64,000 bases of DNA, taken from assembly GCF_009914755.1 (NCBI RefSeq), contig NC_060933.1; one strand, written 5' to 3'. The position numbers and the translations under genes were made by a program. This DNA is from the human T2T-CHM13v2.0 reference genome, Homo sapiens. Below, piece by piece: positions 18,933 through 31,560 of this stretch. Numbering within the stretch: position 1 is the first letter of the stretch; the number at the start of each line of letters is the position of its first letter. The notes beneath the pieces were generated by a model. That model was not told where the DNA came from, ran no database searches, and saw only the letters and a list, made by a program, of their open reading frames with translations.

Positions 18933-20226
18933 CTTTGTGGATTTATCTACCTTTGGTTTTTTATGTTGGTGACCTTTGGGTGGGGTTTCTGTGTGGATGT
19001 CCTTTTTGTTGATGTTGATGATATTTCTTTCTGTTTGTTAATTTTCGTTCTAACAAGCCCCTCTGCTGCAGGTCTGCTGGAGTTTGCTGGAGGTTCACTC
19101 CAGACCCTGTTTGTCTGGGTATCACTAGCAGAGGCTGCAGAACAGCAAAGATTGCTGCCTGTTCCTTCCTCTGGAAGCTTCATCCCAGATGGGCACCTGC
19201 CAGATGCCAGCTGGAGTTCTCCTGTATGAGGTGTCTGTCGACTCCTGCTGGGAGGTGTCTCCCAGTCAGGAGGCATTGGGATCAGGGACCCAACTGAGGG
19301 GGTCGTCTATCCCTTAGCAGAGCTTAGGCACTATGCTGGGAGATCCGCCGCTCTCTTCAAAGTCAGCAGGCAGGAATGTTTAAGTCTGCTGAACCTGTGC
19401 CCACAGGCGCCCCTCTCGCCAGGTGCTCTGTCCCAGGGAGATGGGAGTTTATCTATAAGCCCCTGACTGGGGCTGCGGCCTTTCTTTCAGAGATGCCCTG
19501 CCCAGAAAGGAGGAATCTAGAGAGGCAGTCTGGCTACAGCAGCTTTGCTGAACTGTGGTGGGCTCCACCCAGTTTGAACTTCCTAGAGGCTTTGTTTATA
19601 CTGTGAAGGGAAAACCACCTACTCAAGCCTCAGTAATGGTGGATGCCACTCCACCCACCAAGTTTGAGCATGACTTCAGACTGCTGTGCTGGTAGTGAGT
19701 GGATCTTAGCTTGATGGGCTCCATGGGGGTGGAATTTGCTGAGCTAGACCACTTGGCTCCCTGGCTTCAGCTCTGTTTCCAGGGGAGTGAGCGGTTCTGT
19801 CTTACTGGCATTCCAGGGGCCAGTCAGGTATGAAAAGAAACTCCTGCAGCTAGCTCGCTGTCTGCTCATACAGCTGCCAAGTTTTGTACTTGAAACCCAG
19901 GCCCCTGGTGGTGTAGGCACCTGAGGGAATCTCCTGGTTTGCGGGTTGTGAAGACCATGGGAAAAGAGTAGTATCTGGGCCACAGTGCACCATTCCTCAA
20001 GGCACAGTCCCTCACGGCTTCTCTTGGCCAGGGGAGGGAGTTCCCCAACCCCTTGGGCTTCCCAGGTGAGGCAACACCCCACACTGCTTTGGCTCACCCT
20101 CTGTGGGCTGCACCCACTGTCTAACCATTCCAAGTGAGATGAGTCAGGTACCTCAGTTGGAAATGCAGAAATCACCCACTTTCTGTGTTGATCTTGCTGA
20201 GAGCTGCAGACCACAGCTGTTCCTAT

Positions 20227-20240
20227 TCAGCCATCTTGCC
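20227..20240 (-). promoter_or_regulatory. L1 5'UTR YY1-type site (CAAGATGGC)
   Basis: Plus-strand gccatcttg at 20230-20238, near the L1 5' terminus where the L1 promoter YY1 site lies. The following CpG has decayed. Confidence 0.65.
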
Positions 20241-20909
20241 AGCTACCCCATGTCTTTTTATCTTTCATTCATTCTTTCTTTCCTTTCTCTATTATTCCTT
20301 CATTTATTTCTTGCTTTATTGTACCTTTTTAACATATTTTAAAGCAATAGCTGGTTAAACATTTTTCAGAATATTAGTGCTCAAAGGGAACTGTGGCCTG
20401 TTCCCTTGAAAAGTGTGAATTAAGTAAAAGCAAGTATCTAGATCAATTTTTTTGAAAACTGGAAACTGGCTATGAGCAAACACTAATACAAAAATCCCCT
20501 GTGGTTTACAAATCAAAGTGGTGGCTTTGGAGTCAAGTGATGAATGAATCATTTCCTTTACTCTATCTCACAAAGAATACAGAGGAATCTTAAGTCTACT
20601 GTTATAGTATTTCCTAATATCTGAAATGCATATATAAAGAAGACATAGTTGGAAATTAGCACAACACACACATTTGTTTAATGGTCTGTGAATGAGGGCC
20701 ATTACAGAGGGAAATGCCAAGGAATATGTCCTGACAGTGGTCCTGTATATCAAGATATTAAAACAAAAGCAGTAATATAAATCTGGCATAATCAGAGAGA
20801 TTAGTGACAACAAAGCCTTTAAATAATCAAGGGCTGTCATTTCTATTACATATTTACATAACATATGTTTTCTACTCTAAAGAAGAAAATTAGATCTTGA
20901 AATCTGAAT

Positions 20910-21230
20910 GAAGGCTGGGAAAGGTAGTTGGAAGGAATAGATAAAAAAGGGTTCATTAATGGGTACAAAAATACAGCTGGATAAAAGGAATAAGATCCAG
21001 TATTTGGTAGCAAAATAAGGAGACTCTAGCTAATAATAACATATTGTATATTTCAAAATACTTAGACAATCTGGAATGCTCTCAACACAAAGAAATGACA
21101 AATGTCCAATGTGAGGGTATCCCAGTCACTCCAAACTGATCATTTCATGTAGTATGCTCATATCAAAATATCACATGTATGCTATAATAGGCACAACTAT
21201 TATATATCCAAAACATTTTTAATAACATAA
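20910..21230 (+). mobile_element. L1MA-type 3' end fragment
   Basis: 'attaatgggtacaaaaatacagc...ggaataagatccagtatttg...aacacaaagaaatgacaaatg...atcaaaatatcacatgta'. Confidence 0.8.
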
Positions 21231-21459
21231 ATTTTTTAAAAGCTACAAAAAGTTACAGAATATTCACAACCACACATGACCAAAAAATACTGTCTTAAAA
21301 ATCGTTCAGAGTTATTACTAAGCAAACAAACAATTACAACCCACAGCAAAAACAAAGAACCCTCCCCTCCAAAAAAAAGAAAAATCCTGGGAAAAATAAA
21401 GGATCTTGTTGACTGAGTTATCACATCGCAATATGGAAAATGTCTGGTTTTCAATGATT

Positions 21460-22092
21460 TTTTTTCATTTTTGTAATAATTCCATTGATATGTAATTCAT
21501 ATACTACACAGTTCACTCATTTAAACTGCACAATTCAATGTATTTTAGTATGTTTGTGGATGTGTGCAACCAACACCACAGTTCATTTTAAAGCATTTTC
21601 ATCACCTCACCAAACATCTCCAGACCCTTTAGCTATCACACCCTATCTTCTATACCACCAACCCTAAGACATCATTAATTTATACTTCCTTTCTCTGTAG
21701 ATTTGCCTATTCTGGACATTTCATATAAATGGAGTGATATAATATGTGATAGGCAGTCTTTTGTGACAGGCTTCATTCACTTAGCATTATGTTTTCAAAG
21801 TTCATGCATGCTATAGCTATCAGTGCTTCATTATTTTTTATGGCCAAATAATATTCCATTGTATGACTATACCACAGTTTTTAAATCATTCATCTGTTGA
21901 TAGGCATTTGGTTTGTTTTCAACTTTTGTCTGTCTATTATGAATAATGCTGCTATAGACATTCATGTATATGTTTTTATGTGGACATATATTTTAATATC
22001 TCTTGAGTATATATCTAAAACTAGAATTGCTGGGTCATGCGATTTCTATATATAACTATTTGAAGAGCTCCCAGACTGCTTTTCAAAGTGAC
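21460..22092 (-). mobile_element. L1MB-type 3' end fragment
   Basis: 'agatttgcctattctggacatttcatataaatgg...ttcacttagcattatgttttcaaagttcat...aattgctgggtcat'. Confidence 0.8.
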
Positions 22093-22519
22093 TTCTCCTC
22101 TTGTTACTTTTTCTCAGCTTTAGTGAAATATAATTGAGAAAATTAAGAAGTTATAACTTAAAATGTTTTCTCATTGATTTGTTGGAAGATCTTTTTTCTG
22201 AAACTCACTGATGCCAAATATAGAAAGCAAACATACAGGTTCTGTTCACAGGGGATGGAACTTCTGGGAAGTGCTGAGTACTGCATTCCAAATATGGTGC
22301 CAATAAATAGCATTTAATATTTTCTGAGGCTACATTAGTGATTTGCATAATTCAGTAAACTGGTTACCAGAAGATTAAATTAATCTGAACATTTCTTTTT
22401 CTGACTCATACTGTGGAAATATTCCTAAGTCATAAAACATAAGTATGCTTACTAATTTCAATGTAAAATTTTGTAAACCCTTGAGTGATAATTCAGAATA
22501 TTTTAGAATATTTTTAAGT

Positions 22520-24912
22520 TGATATGGGTTGGCTCTGTGTCTCCACCCAAATCTCACGTTGAATTGTTATCCCCAGTGTTGCAGGTGGGGATTGGTGGGA
22601 GGTGATTGGATCATGGGGGAAGTTTCTAATGGCTTAGCACCATCCTCCTACTGCTGTCTTGTGATAGAGTTCTCACAAGATCTGGTTGTTTCAAAGTATG
22701 TAGCACCTCTCCCTTTGCTCTCTTCCTCCTCCTGCTGGCCATGTAAAACAAGCTTGCTTCCCCTTCACCCTTCCACCAGGATCGTAAGTTTCCTGAGGCC
22801 TCCCCAGAAGCAGAAACCTGTACAGCCCATAGAACTATGAGCCAATCAAACCTCTTTTCTTTATAAATTAGCCAGTCTCAGGTATGTCTTTGTAGCAGTG
22901 TGAGAATAAACTAATACAGAAAATTGGTACCAGAGAAGGGAGCATTGTCAGAGATACCTAAAAATGTGGAAGTAACTTTGGCAATGGGTAAAGAGCAGAA
23001 GCTGGAACAGTTTGGAGGTCTCAGAAGAAGACAGGAAGATGAGGGAAAGTGTGGAACTTTCTAGAGACTTGTTGAATGGTTCTAACCAAAATGCTGATAG
23101 TTATATGGACCATGAAATCCAGGTTGAGGTGGTCTCAGATGGAGATAAGAGACTTTTGAGAACTGGAGTAAAGGTCACTCTTGCTATGCCTTAGCAAAGA
23201 GACTGGAGGCATTCTGCCTCTACCCTAGATATGTGTGGAGCTTTGAGCCAGAGATAAATGATTTAGGGTATCTGGTGGGAGACATTTCTAAGCAGAAAAG
23301 CATTCAAGGTGTTACCTGGCTGCCTTTAGCTGTGTCCTCTCATATGTGTATGCAAAGAGATTACCTGAAATTGGAACTTATATTTAAAACGGAAGCAGAG
23401 TATAGAAGTTTGGAAAATTCGAGCCTGACCATGTCATAGAAAAGAAAAACTTATTTTCTGGGGAGGAATTCAAGCCCATTGCAGAAACTTGCATAAGTAA
23501 ACAGTAGCTGAAGAGTGATAGCCAAGACAATGGGAAAATTACTCCAAGGCATTTCAGAGACCTTTGTGGCAACCATTCCCATCACAAGCGTGGAGGCCTA
23601 GGAAGGAAAAATGGTTTGTGGGTCAGGCCCAGGGCTCTGCTGCTCTGTGCAGCCTCAGGACATGGCCCTGCATCCCAGCTGCTCTAGCTCCAGCTGTGGC
23701 TAGAAGGGATTCAGATACATCTCAGGCTGCTGCTCCACAGGGTGTAAGCTGCAAGCCTTGGCAGCTTCCATGTGATGTTAAGCCTACAGGCGTGCAGAGG
23801 GCAAGAGCTGAGGCTTGGGAGCCTCCACCTAGAATTTAGAGGATGTATGGCAACACCTGGATGTCCAGGCAGAAGTCTGCTGCAGGGGCAGAGCCCTCAT
23901 GGAGAACCTTTATGAGGGCAATGTGGAAAGGAAACACAGGGTTGGAGCCCCTACACAGAGTCCCCACTGGGGCAGTGCCTAGTGGAGTTGTGAGAAGAGG
24001 GCCACCATCCTCTAGATCCCAGAATGGTAGATCCATTAACAGCTTGCACAATGTGCCTGGAAAAGCTGCAGGCACTCAACGCCAGTTCATGAAAGCAGCT
24101 GCAAGGGCTGTACCCCGCAAAGCCACAGGGGTAGAGCTGCCCAAGGACTTGGGAGCCCACCCCTTGCATCCGTGTGTCCTGAATGTGAGTCATAGAGTCA
24201 AAGGAGATTATTTGGGAGCTTTAAGATTTAATGACAGGGTTTTGGACTTTCATGGGGCCTGTAGCCCCTTTGTTTCAGTCAATGGAGCTCCTTTTGGGAC
24301 AGGAGCACTTATCCAATGCCTGTACTTCCATTGTATCTTGGAAGTAACTAACTTGTTTTTGATTTTACAGGCTCATAGGCAGAAGGGACTTGCCTTGTTT
24401 CAGATGAGACTTTAGACTGTGGACTTTAAAGTTAATCCTAGAATGAGTTAAGACTTTGAGGTACTGTTAGGAAGGCATGATTGTGTTTTGAAATGTGAGG
24501 AGGACTTGAGATTTTGGAGGGACCAGGGGTGGAATGATATGATTTGGCTCTGTGTCCCCACCCAAATCTCATATTGAATTGTTATCCCCAGTGTTGGAGG
24601 TGGGGACTGGTGGGAGGTGGCTGGATCATGGGGGCAGTTTCTAATTGTTAATCACCATTTCCCTATTGCTATCTTGTGAGAGAGTTCTCACAAAATCTGA
24701 TTGTTTGAAAGTGTGTAGCAACTCGACATTCACTCTCTTCCTCCCTGCTGGCCATGTAAAAGAAGCTTGCTTCCCCTTTGCCCTTCTACCATGATTGTAA
24801 GTTTCCTGAGGCCTCCCCAGAAGCAGAAACCTGTACAACCCGTGGAACTGTGAAATTTCTTTGTAAATTACCCAGTCTCAGATATATCTTTATAGCAGTG
24901 TGAACTAATACA
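22520..24912 (+). mobile_element. Complete MSTA MaLR element (5'LTR 22520-22918, internal 22919-24534, 3'LTR 24535-24912)
   Basis: Two homologous TG...CA LTRs; internal part starts 'gaaaattggtacc'; purine tract before the 3' LTR; perfect 5-bp TSD taagt (22515-22519, 24913-24917). Confidence 0.95.
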
Positions 24913-24949
24913 TAAGTGTAAAAGGTATTAAGAAATTTTTGAACTAACA

Positions 24950-25130
24950 TTTCCTAGACTGTGAGTTTTTTGAGGGCATGTGCTATGTCTTATCAATCCA
25001 ATTTTTCTTTCACTTATCCAGCCAACAAATACTTTTTTCATCTTATTTCTGAATTCTCAGCACCTTGCACAGAGCCTTGCACATAATAGATACTCTCCTG
25101 TGTTGTTGAACATATGAATGAATGAACAAT
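24950..25130 (+). mobile_element. L2 3' end fragment
   Basis: 'ctagactgtgagttttttgagggca...cacagagccttgcacataatagatactc...gaatgaatgaa'. Confidence 0.65.
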
Positions 25131-25144
25131 TACTAGTCACTCAA

Positions 25145-25693
25145 TGTGATAGGTAATATTAAACGTCAACTTGATTGGATTGAAGGATGCAAAGTATTGT
25201 TCCTGGGTGTGTCTGTGAGGGTGTTGCCAAAGGAGATTAACATTTGAGTCACTGGCTGGGAGAGGCAGACCCACCCCTCAATCTGGGTGGGCAACATCTA
25301 ATCAACTGTCAGCATGGCTAGAATAAAGTAGGCAGAAGAAGACGGGAGAAGCCAACTTGCTGAGTCTTCTTGCCTTGATCTTTCTCTTGTGCTGGATGCT
25401 TCCTGCCCTCAGACATCAGACTCAAAGTTTTTCAGCTTTTTGACTCTTGGACTTACACTAGTGGTTTGCCAGGGGCTCTTGGGCCTTTGGCCACAAACCG
25501 AAGGCTACACTTTCAGCTTCCCCACTTTTGAGATTTTGGGACTCAAAGTGGTTTCCTTGCTCCTCAGCTTGCAGATGGCCTCTTGTGGGACTTCACCTTG
25601 TGATCGTGTGAGTCAATACTCCTTAATAAACTTCCCTTCATATATACATATATCCTATTAGTTCTGTCCCTCCAGAGTACCCTGATTAATAGT
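25145..25693 (+). mobile_element. MLT2A2-like solo LTR (HERV-L)
   Basis: 'gtcaacttgattggattgaaggatgcaaagtattg...ctattagttctgtccct'. The ~550-bp length and internal 'ccagtggtttgccagggg'-like block fit MLT2A2. TSD ctcaa/ctcat. Confidence 0.88.
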
Positions 25694-27559
25694 CTCATCA
25701 AGGCTTATTTTCCTCTATAGAGGCTTCCTTAAAGTTCTTTTTGTAGAAGTATGTTGAGAAATTATTTGACTATCCCTCGGCTCCAAACATAGTACTTTCC
25801 AATCCAGTGACACTTAAATATTTATTTGAAGAAAAACTTAAAACTGTCAAATGGGTAATAGTTGGGGAGGAGAAAGCTTAGGTCTGATAGCATGGAGGTC
25901 TTCAATTAACTAAAAGACTGCGTATGGGAGAGTCTCATTTTATATTGTTGGAAGGGTTTTAGTGAGGGCCAGTAAAAAGCTTCCAGGAGATTTCAGTTTA
26001 TGGTCTAAGGAAGTCCTAAACTGCTTTGGGAGACAAACATTTCTACTCACTGGAAGTGACAGCTGGGTAACATGTTGAACAAGCTGAGGAGAGCATTTCA
26101 GCCTCAGATGGGTGATTAGAGTAGATGACTCATAAGGTCTCTTGTAACCTGAGAATTCTTTAGTTGAATGAAGGATAATACTGTCCCCCAACTAATATTC
26201 CATTTGAGTATAAGCACCAGCCATTTTAAAAATGTAAGTCTTTCCACAGCCTTTCTGAAAAAAAAATTCTGTCCATATTCCCAAAGACTCAGGTAAATGA
26301 AAAACTAGGGAGAAATATTACTTGGAAAATACACCAATTTTCTCTGATTTCTTTCAATAGTTTAAGAAAACACTTAAGTTTGTCATGGTTTTAGCCAGTC
26401 TAGTATAAATTGTTAGTTGGTACTGCTCCTCCCAAAAGTGTATGTGGATGTGTGTTTGTTAGGGGAGATAGGGATGGTCTTAGGGGTTGGAAAGTTCTTC
26501 AGAGGGGAAAAGTCCATTTATATTGGTATTTATGGTTCTGTAAATAAGAAGTTACATGAGGCTAAGAGCTGTTGCTTTCTTTCCTTGACGAAAGACTTTT
26601 TCTACCAATCTATTTAAGCTCATGCATGTTAAATAAAGAAAAATAATTAGCTTCTGTGTGAATATGTTCAGCATATTAATCTAATTATGTTCGGAAGAAC
26701 GTCATGTGAGTTTTGAGTTAATTATTAGCCAACAATATATGTCAATTCTTAATATTTAAACTATTATTCATTTGCAAATGATTATAAGCAAAAAAGTTAG
26801 TTATTATTGCTCAAAAGGCAATATTAAAAAGAAAGTAACATTATTATTTATAAAGTTCTATTCAAGCTCAATTTCTACATTAAATTGTCAGTGAAGAATT
26901 TAAATGGACTGCACTTATGTTTATTGCACAGCATAAACCATATAAGCAGAATAATCCCATGTGCTTCAAAATAAGTACCTACTAATGTAAAAGCACCTAA
27001 AGAAATACCTAATTATTTTTTATGAACTCATAATGGTACATGTAGTGTTTCATTATTTTATTGCTTCAATAATCAATTATTCTTTTACTTGTAAACTGAA
27101 AAAGGACATTGATGCAATTTCAGTGAAAACCATTCAAATTCAAACTAAATTTACTCACGTAATGAAATCAATGAATAAAGTATTACAAAATTAGAGAGAT
27201 CTAAGGGAGCCAAGAAAAAGCAAATATAAATAGTCTCCTGGAATTATTCCAAAAGGTAGAAAATTAAGAAAATCCACACTTTTCAGTTGCAAAGACTAGT
27301 GCAATAGGAAGGAAAAACAACTACATGTGGCTTTGTGTTTCTGAGTAACAACTGTAATTGCTGACAGTTTTGATAAATGTAACAAACAACTTGATATAAC
27401 TTAATAATCAAAAATACATATAAACAATATAAAAAATAATTATTTGATAGAAGTCTTCTACATCTTATTTTTCATTATACATCATTTATTATTTGTTTAA
27501 AAATGTCTTAAACATATATTTTTGTCTTTGTAATGAATTAAAGATACAGTGGGAAAAAT

Positions 27560-28852
<1,293 letters not shown>

Positions 28853-29483
28853 ATGTTAAAAACTCAGTAAACTAGGTATTGAACATATCTCTAAATAATA
28901 AGAGCTATTTATGACAAACCCATAGCTAATATCATACTGAATGGGCAAAAGCTGGATCTTCTCTCTCACCCCTCCTATTCAACATATTGTTGGAAGTTCT
29001 GGCCAGGGCAATCAGTCAAGAGAAAGAAATAAAGCATATTCAAACAGAAAGAGAGGAAGTCAAATTGTTTCTGTTGGCAGATGATGTGATTCTGTATTTA
29101 GAAACCCCGTCATCTGAGCCCCAAAACTTCTTAAGCTAATAAGCAACTTCAGCAAAATCTCAGGATACAAAATCAACGTGCAAAAATCACAAGCATTCCT
29201 TTACACCAACAATGGACAAATAGAGAGCCAAATCATGAATGAACTTCCCTTCACAATTGCTACAAACAGAATAAAATACCTAGGAATACAACTTACAAGG
29301 GACATGAAACTACCGCTCAAGGAAATAAGAGAGGACACAAACAAATGGAAAAACATTTCACGCTCATGGATAGGAAGAACCAATATTGTGAAAATGGCCA
29401 TACTGCCCAAAGTAATTTGTAGATTCAATGCTATTTCCATCAAGCTACCACTGACTTTCTTCACAGAATTAGAAAAAACTACT
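28853..29483 (+). mobile_element. L1PA ORF2 internal fragment
   Basis: RT-region peptides '[11 protein letters not shown]...IKYLGIQLT...[28 protein letters not shown]' with small internal deletions. Confidence 0.92.
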
Positions 29484-29486
29484 GAT

Positions 29487-31026
29487 CCATGGTGGTTTGC
29501 TGCACCTATCAACCCGTCATCTAGGTTTTAAGCCCCACATGCATTAGATATTTGTCCTAATGCTCTCCCTCCCCTTGACCTCCATCTCCCCACAGGCCCC
29601 AGTGTGTGTTGTTCCCCTCCCTGTGTCTGTGTGTTATTATTACTAAATTCTCACTTATAAGTGAGAACGTGTACTGTTTGGTTTTCTGTTCCTGTGTTAG
29701 TTTGCTGAGAATGATGGTTTCCAGCTTTATCCACGTCCTTACAAAGGATATTATCTCATTCTTGTTTATGGCTGCATAGTATTCCATGGTGTATATGTGA
29801 CACATTTTCTTTATCCAGTCTATCATTGATGCGCATTTGGGTTGGTTCCAAGTCTTTGCTATTGTAAATAGTGCTGCAATAAACATATGTGTGCATGTGT
29901 CTTTACAGTAGAATGATTTATAATTCTTTGGGTATATACCCAGTTATGGGATTGCTGGGTCAAATGGTATTTCTGGTTCTGGATCCTTGAGGAACTTCCA
30001 TACTGTCTTCCACAATGGTTGAACTAATTTACACTCTCACTAACAGTACAAAAGTGTTCCTATTTCTCCACAGCCTTGTCAGCATTGATTATTTCCTGAC
30101 TTTTTAATAATTGCCATTCTGACTGGCATGAGATGGTATCTCATTGTGGTTTTGATTTGCATTTCTCTAATGATCAGTGATGATGAGCTTTTATTTCCTA
30201 TGTTTGTTGGCTGCATAAATGTCTTCTTTTGAGAAGTGTCTGTTCATATCCTTCGCCCACTTTTTGATAGGGTTTTTTTCTTGTAAATTTGTTTAAGTTC
30301 CTTGTAGATTCTGGATATTAAACCTTTGTCAGATGGGTAGATTGCAAAATTTTTCTCCCATTCTGTAGGTTGCCTGTTCACTCTGATGATAAGTTTCTTT
30401 TGCTGTACAGAAGCTCTTCAGTTTAATATGATCCCATTTGTTAATTTTGGCTTTTGTTGCCATTGCTTTTTGTGTTTTAGTCATGAAGACTTTGCCCATG
30501 CCTATGTTCTGAATGGTATTGCCTAAGTTTCCTTCTAGGGTTTTTTATGATTTTGGCTTTTACATTTAAGTCTTTAATCCATCTTGAGTTAATTTTTGTA
30601 TAAGGTGTAAACAAGGGGTCCAGTTTTAGTTTTCTGCATATGGCTAGCCAGTTTTCCCAGCACCATTTATTAAATAGGGAATTTTTTCCCCATTGTTTGT
30701 TTTTGTCAGGTTTGTAGAAGATCAGATGGTTATACATATGTGGTGTTGTTTCTGAGGTCTCTTTTCTCTTCCATTGGGCTATATATCTGTTTTCGTACCA
30801 GTACCATGATGTTTTGGTTACTGTTGCCTTGTAGTATAGTTTTGAAGTCACGTAGCGTAGATGCCTTCAGCTTTGTTCTTTTTCTTAGGATTGTCTTGGC
30901 TATATGGGCTTTGTTTTGGTTCCATATTAAATTTAAAGTACTTTTTTCTAATCCTTTGAAGAAAGTCAATGATAACTTGATGGGGATAGCATTGAATCTA
31001 TAAATTACTCTGGGCGGTATGGCCAT
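29487..31026 (-). mobile_element. L1PA8-like 3' portion lacking the final 3'UTR bases and poly(A)
   Basis: ORF2 C-terminal peptides ([41 protein letters not shown]) and 3'UTR 'ggggcttaaaacctagatgacggg'. Ends at 'caccatgg'. Confidence 0.93.
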
Positions 31027-31264
31027 AAAATATTTTTTAATCCAAATAGCTCAAAAAATGGTGATGTAATATTATGTATTCATTAATAAAAATGAAGATG
31101 ATTACATTCATTTTTGTTGAAAATACTTTTCAAAAAATATATCTTCTTGGGAAAACTATTGCTATTACCTCAAGGGATGTGAACAATATCTTCATCTTAT
31201 TGGATGTTTTTACTTCATGATACATGTAATTTGGAGGCACTTTTCCTTGGCGGCAATAGCACAT

Positions 31265-31560
31265 TTAGTTTTTCATCCATTGAAGCACATTTATTGATTT
31301 CCTCCTATATACCAGACACTGCTAGATTAAAAAAATAAGTGTAAACAAAACAAACATATTCAATGTCCTTATAGAATTTAGTGTAAAATGGGAATATAGA
31401 CATTTACATGTAATTGTAACAAATATGTGTTTTACAAAAGGACAACTTCAGGGTGCTCCAGTAATAAACAGCAGAATGGAGTATAAGGAAGGGTGATGAC
31501 GATGTCCCCTAAAGAAGACAGAGTATGAGGGAAAATTTCTACGTGAATAGAGATGGGGGA
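31265..31560 (-). mobile_element. L2 3' fragment
   Basis: 'catccattgaagcacatttattgatttcctcctatataccagacactgctag'. Confidence 0.55.

Noticed and set aside
19636-19695. Antisense L1 ORF0 homologue
   Set aside because: The ATG is at the expected position but the frame closes after 19 codons (MVDATPPTKFEHDFRLLCW*).
23843-24415. 190-aa ORF in the MSTA internal region
   Set aside because: Decayed MaLR internal sequence with frameshifts on both sides; no sign of domestication.
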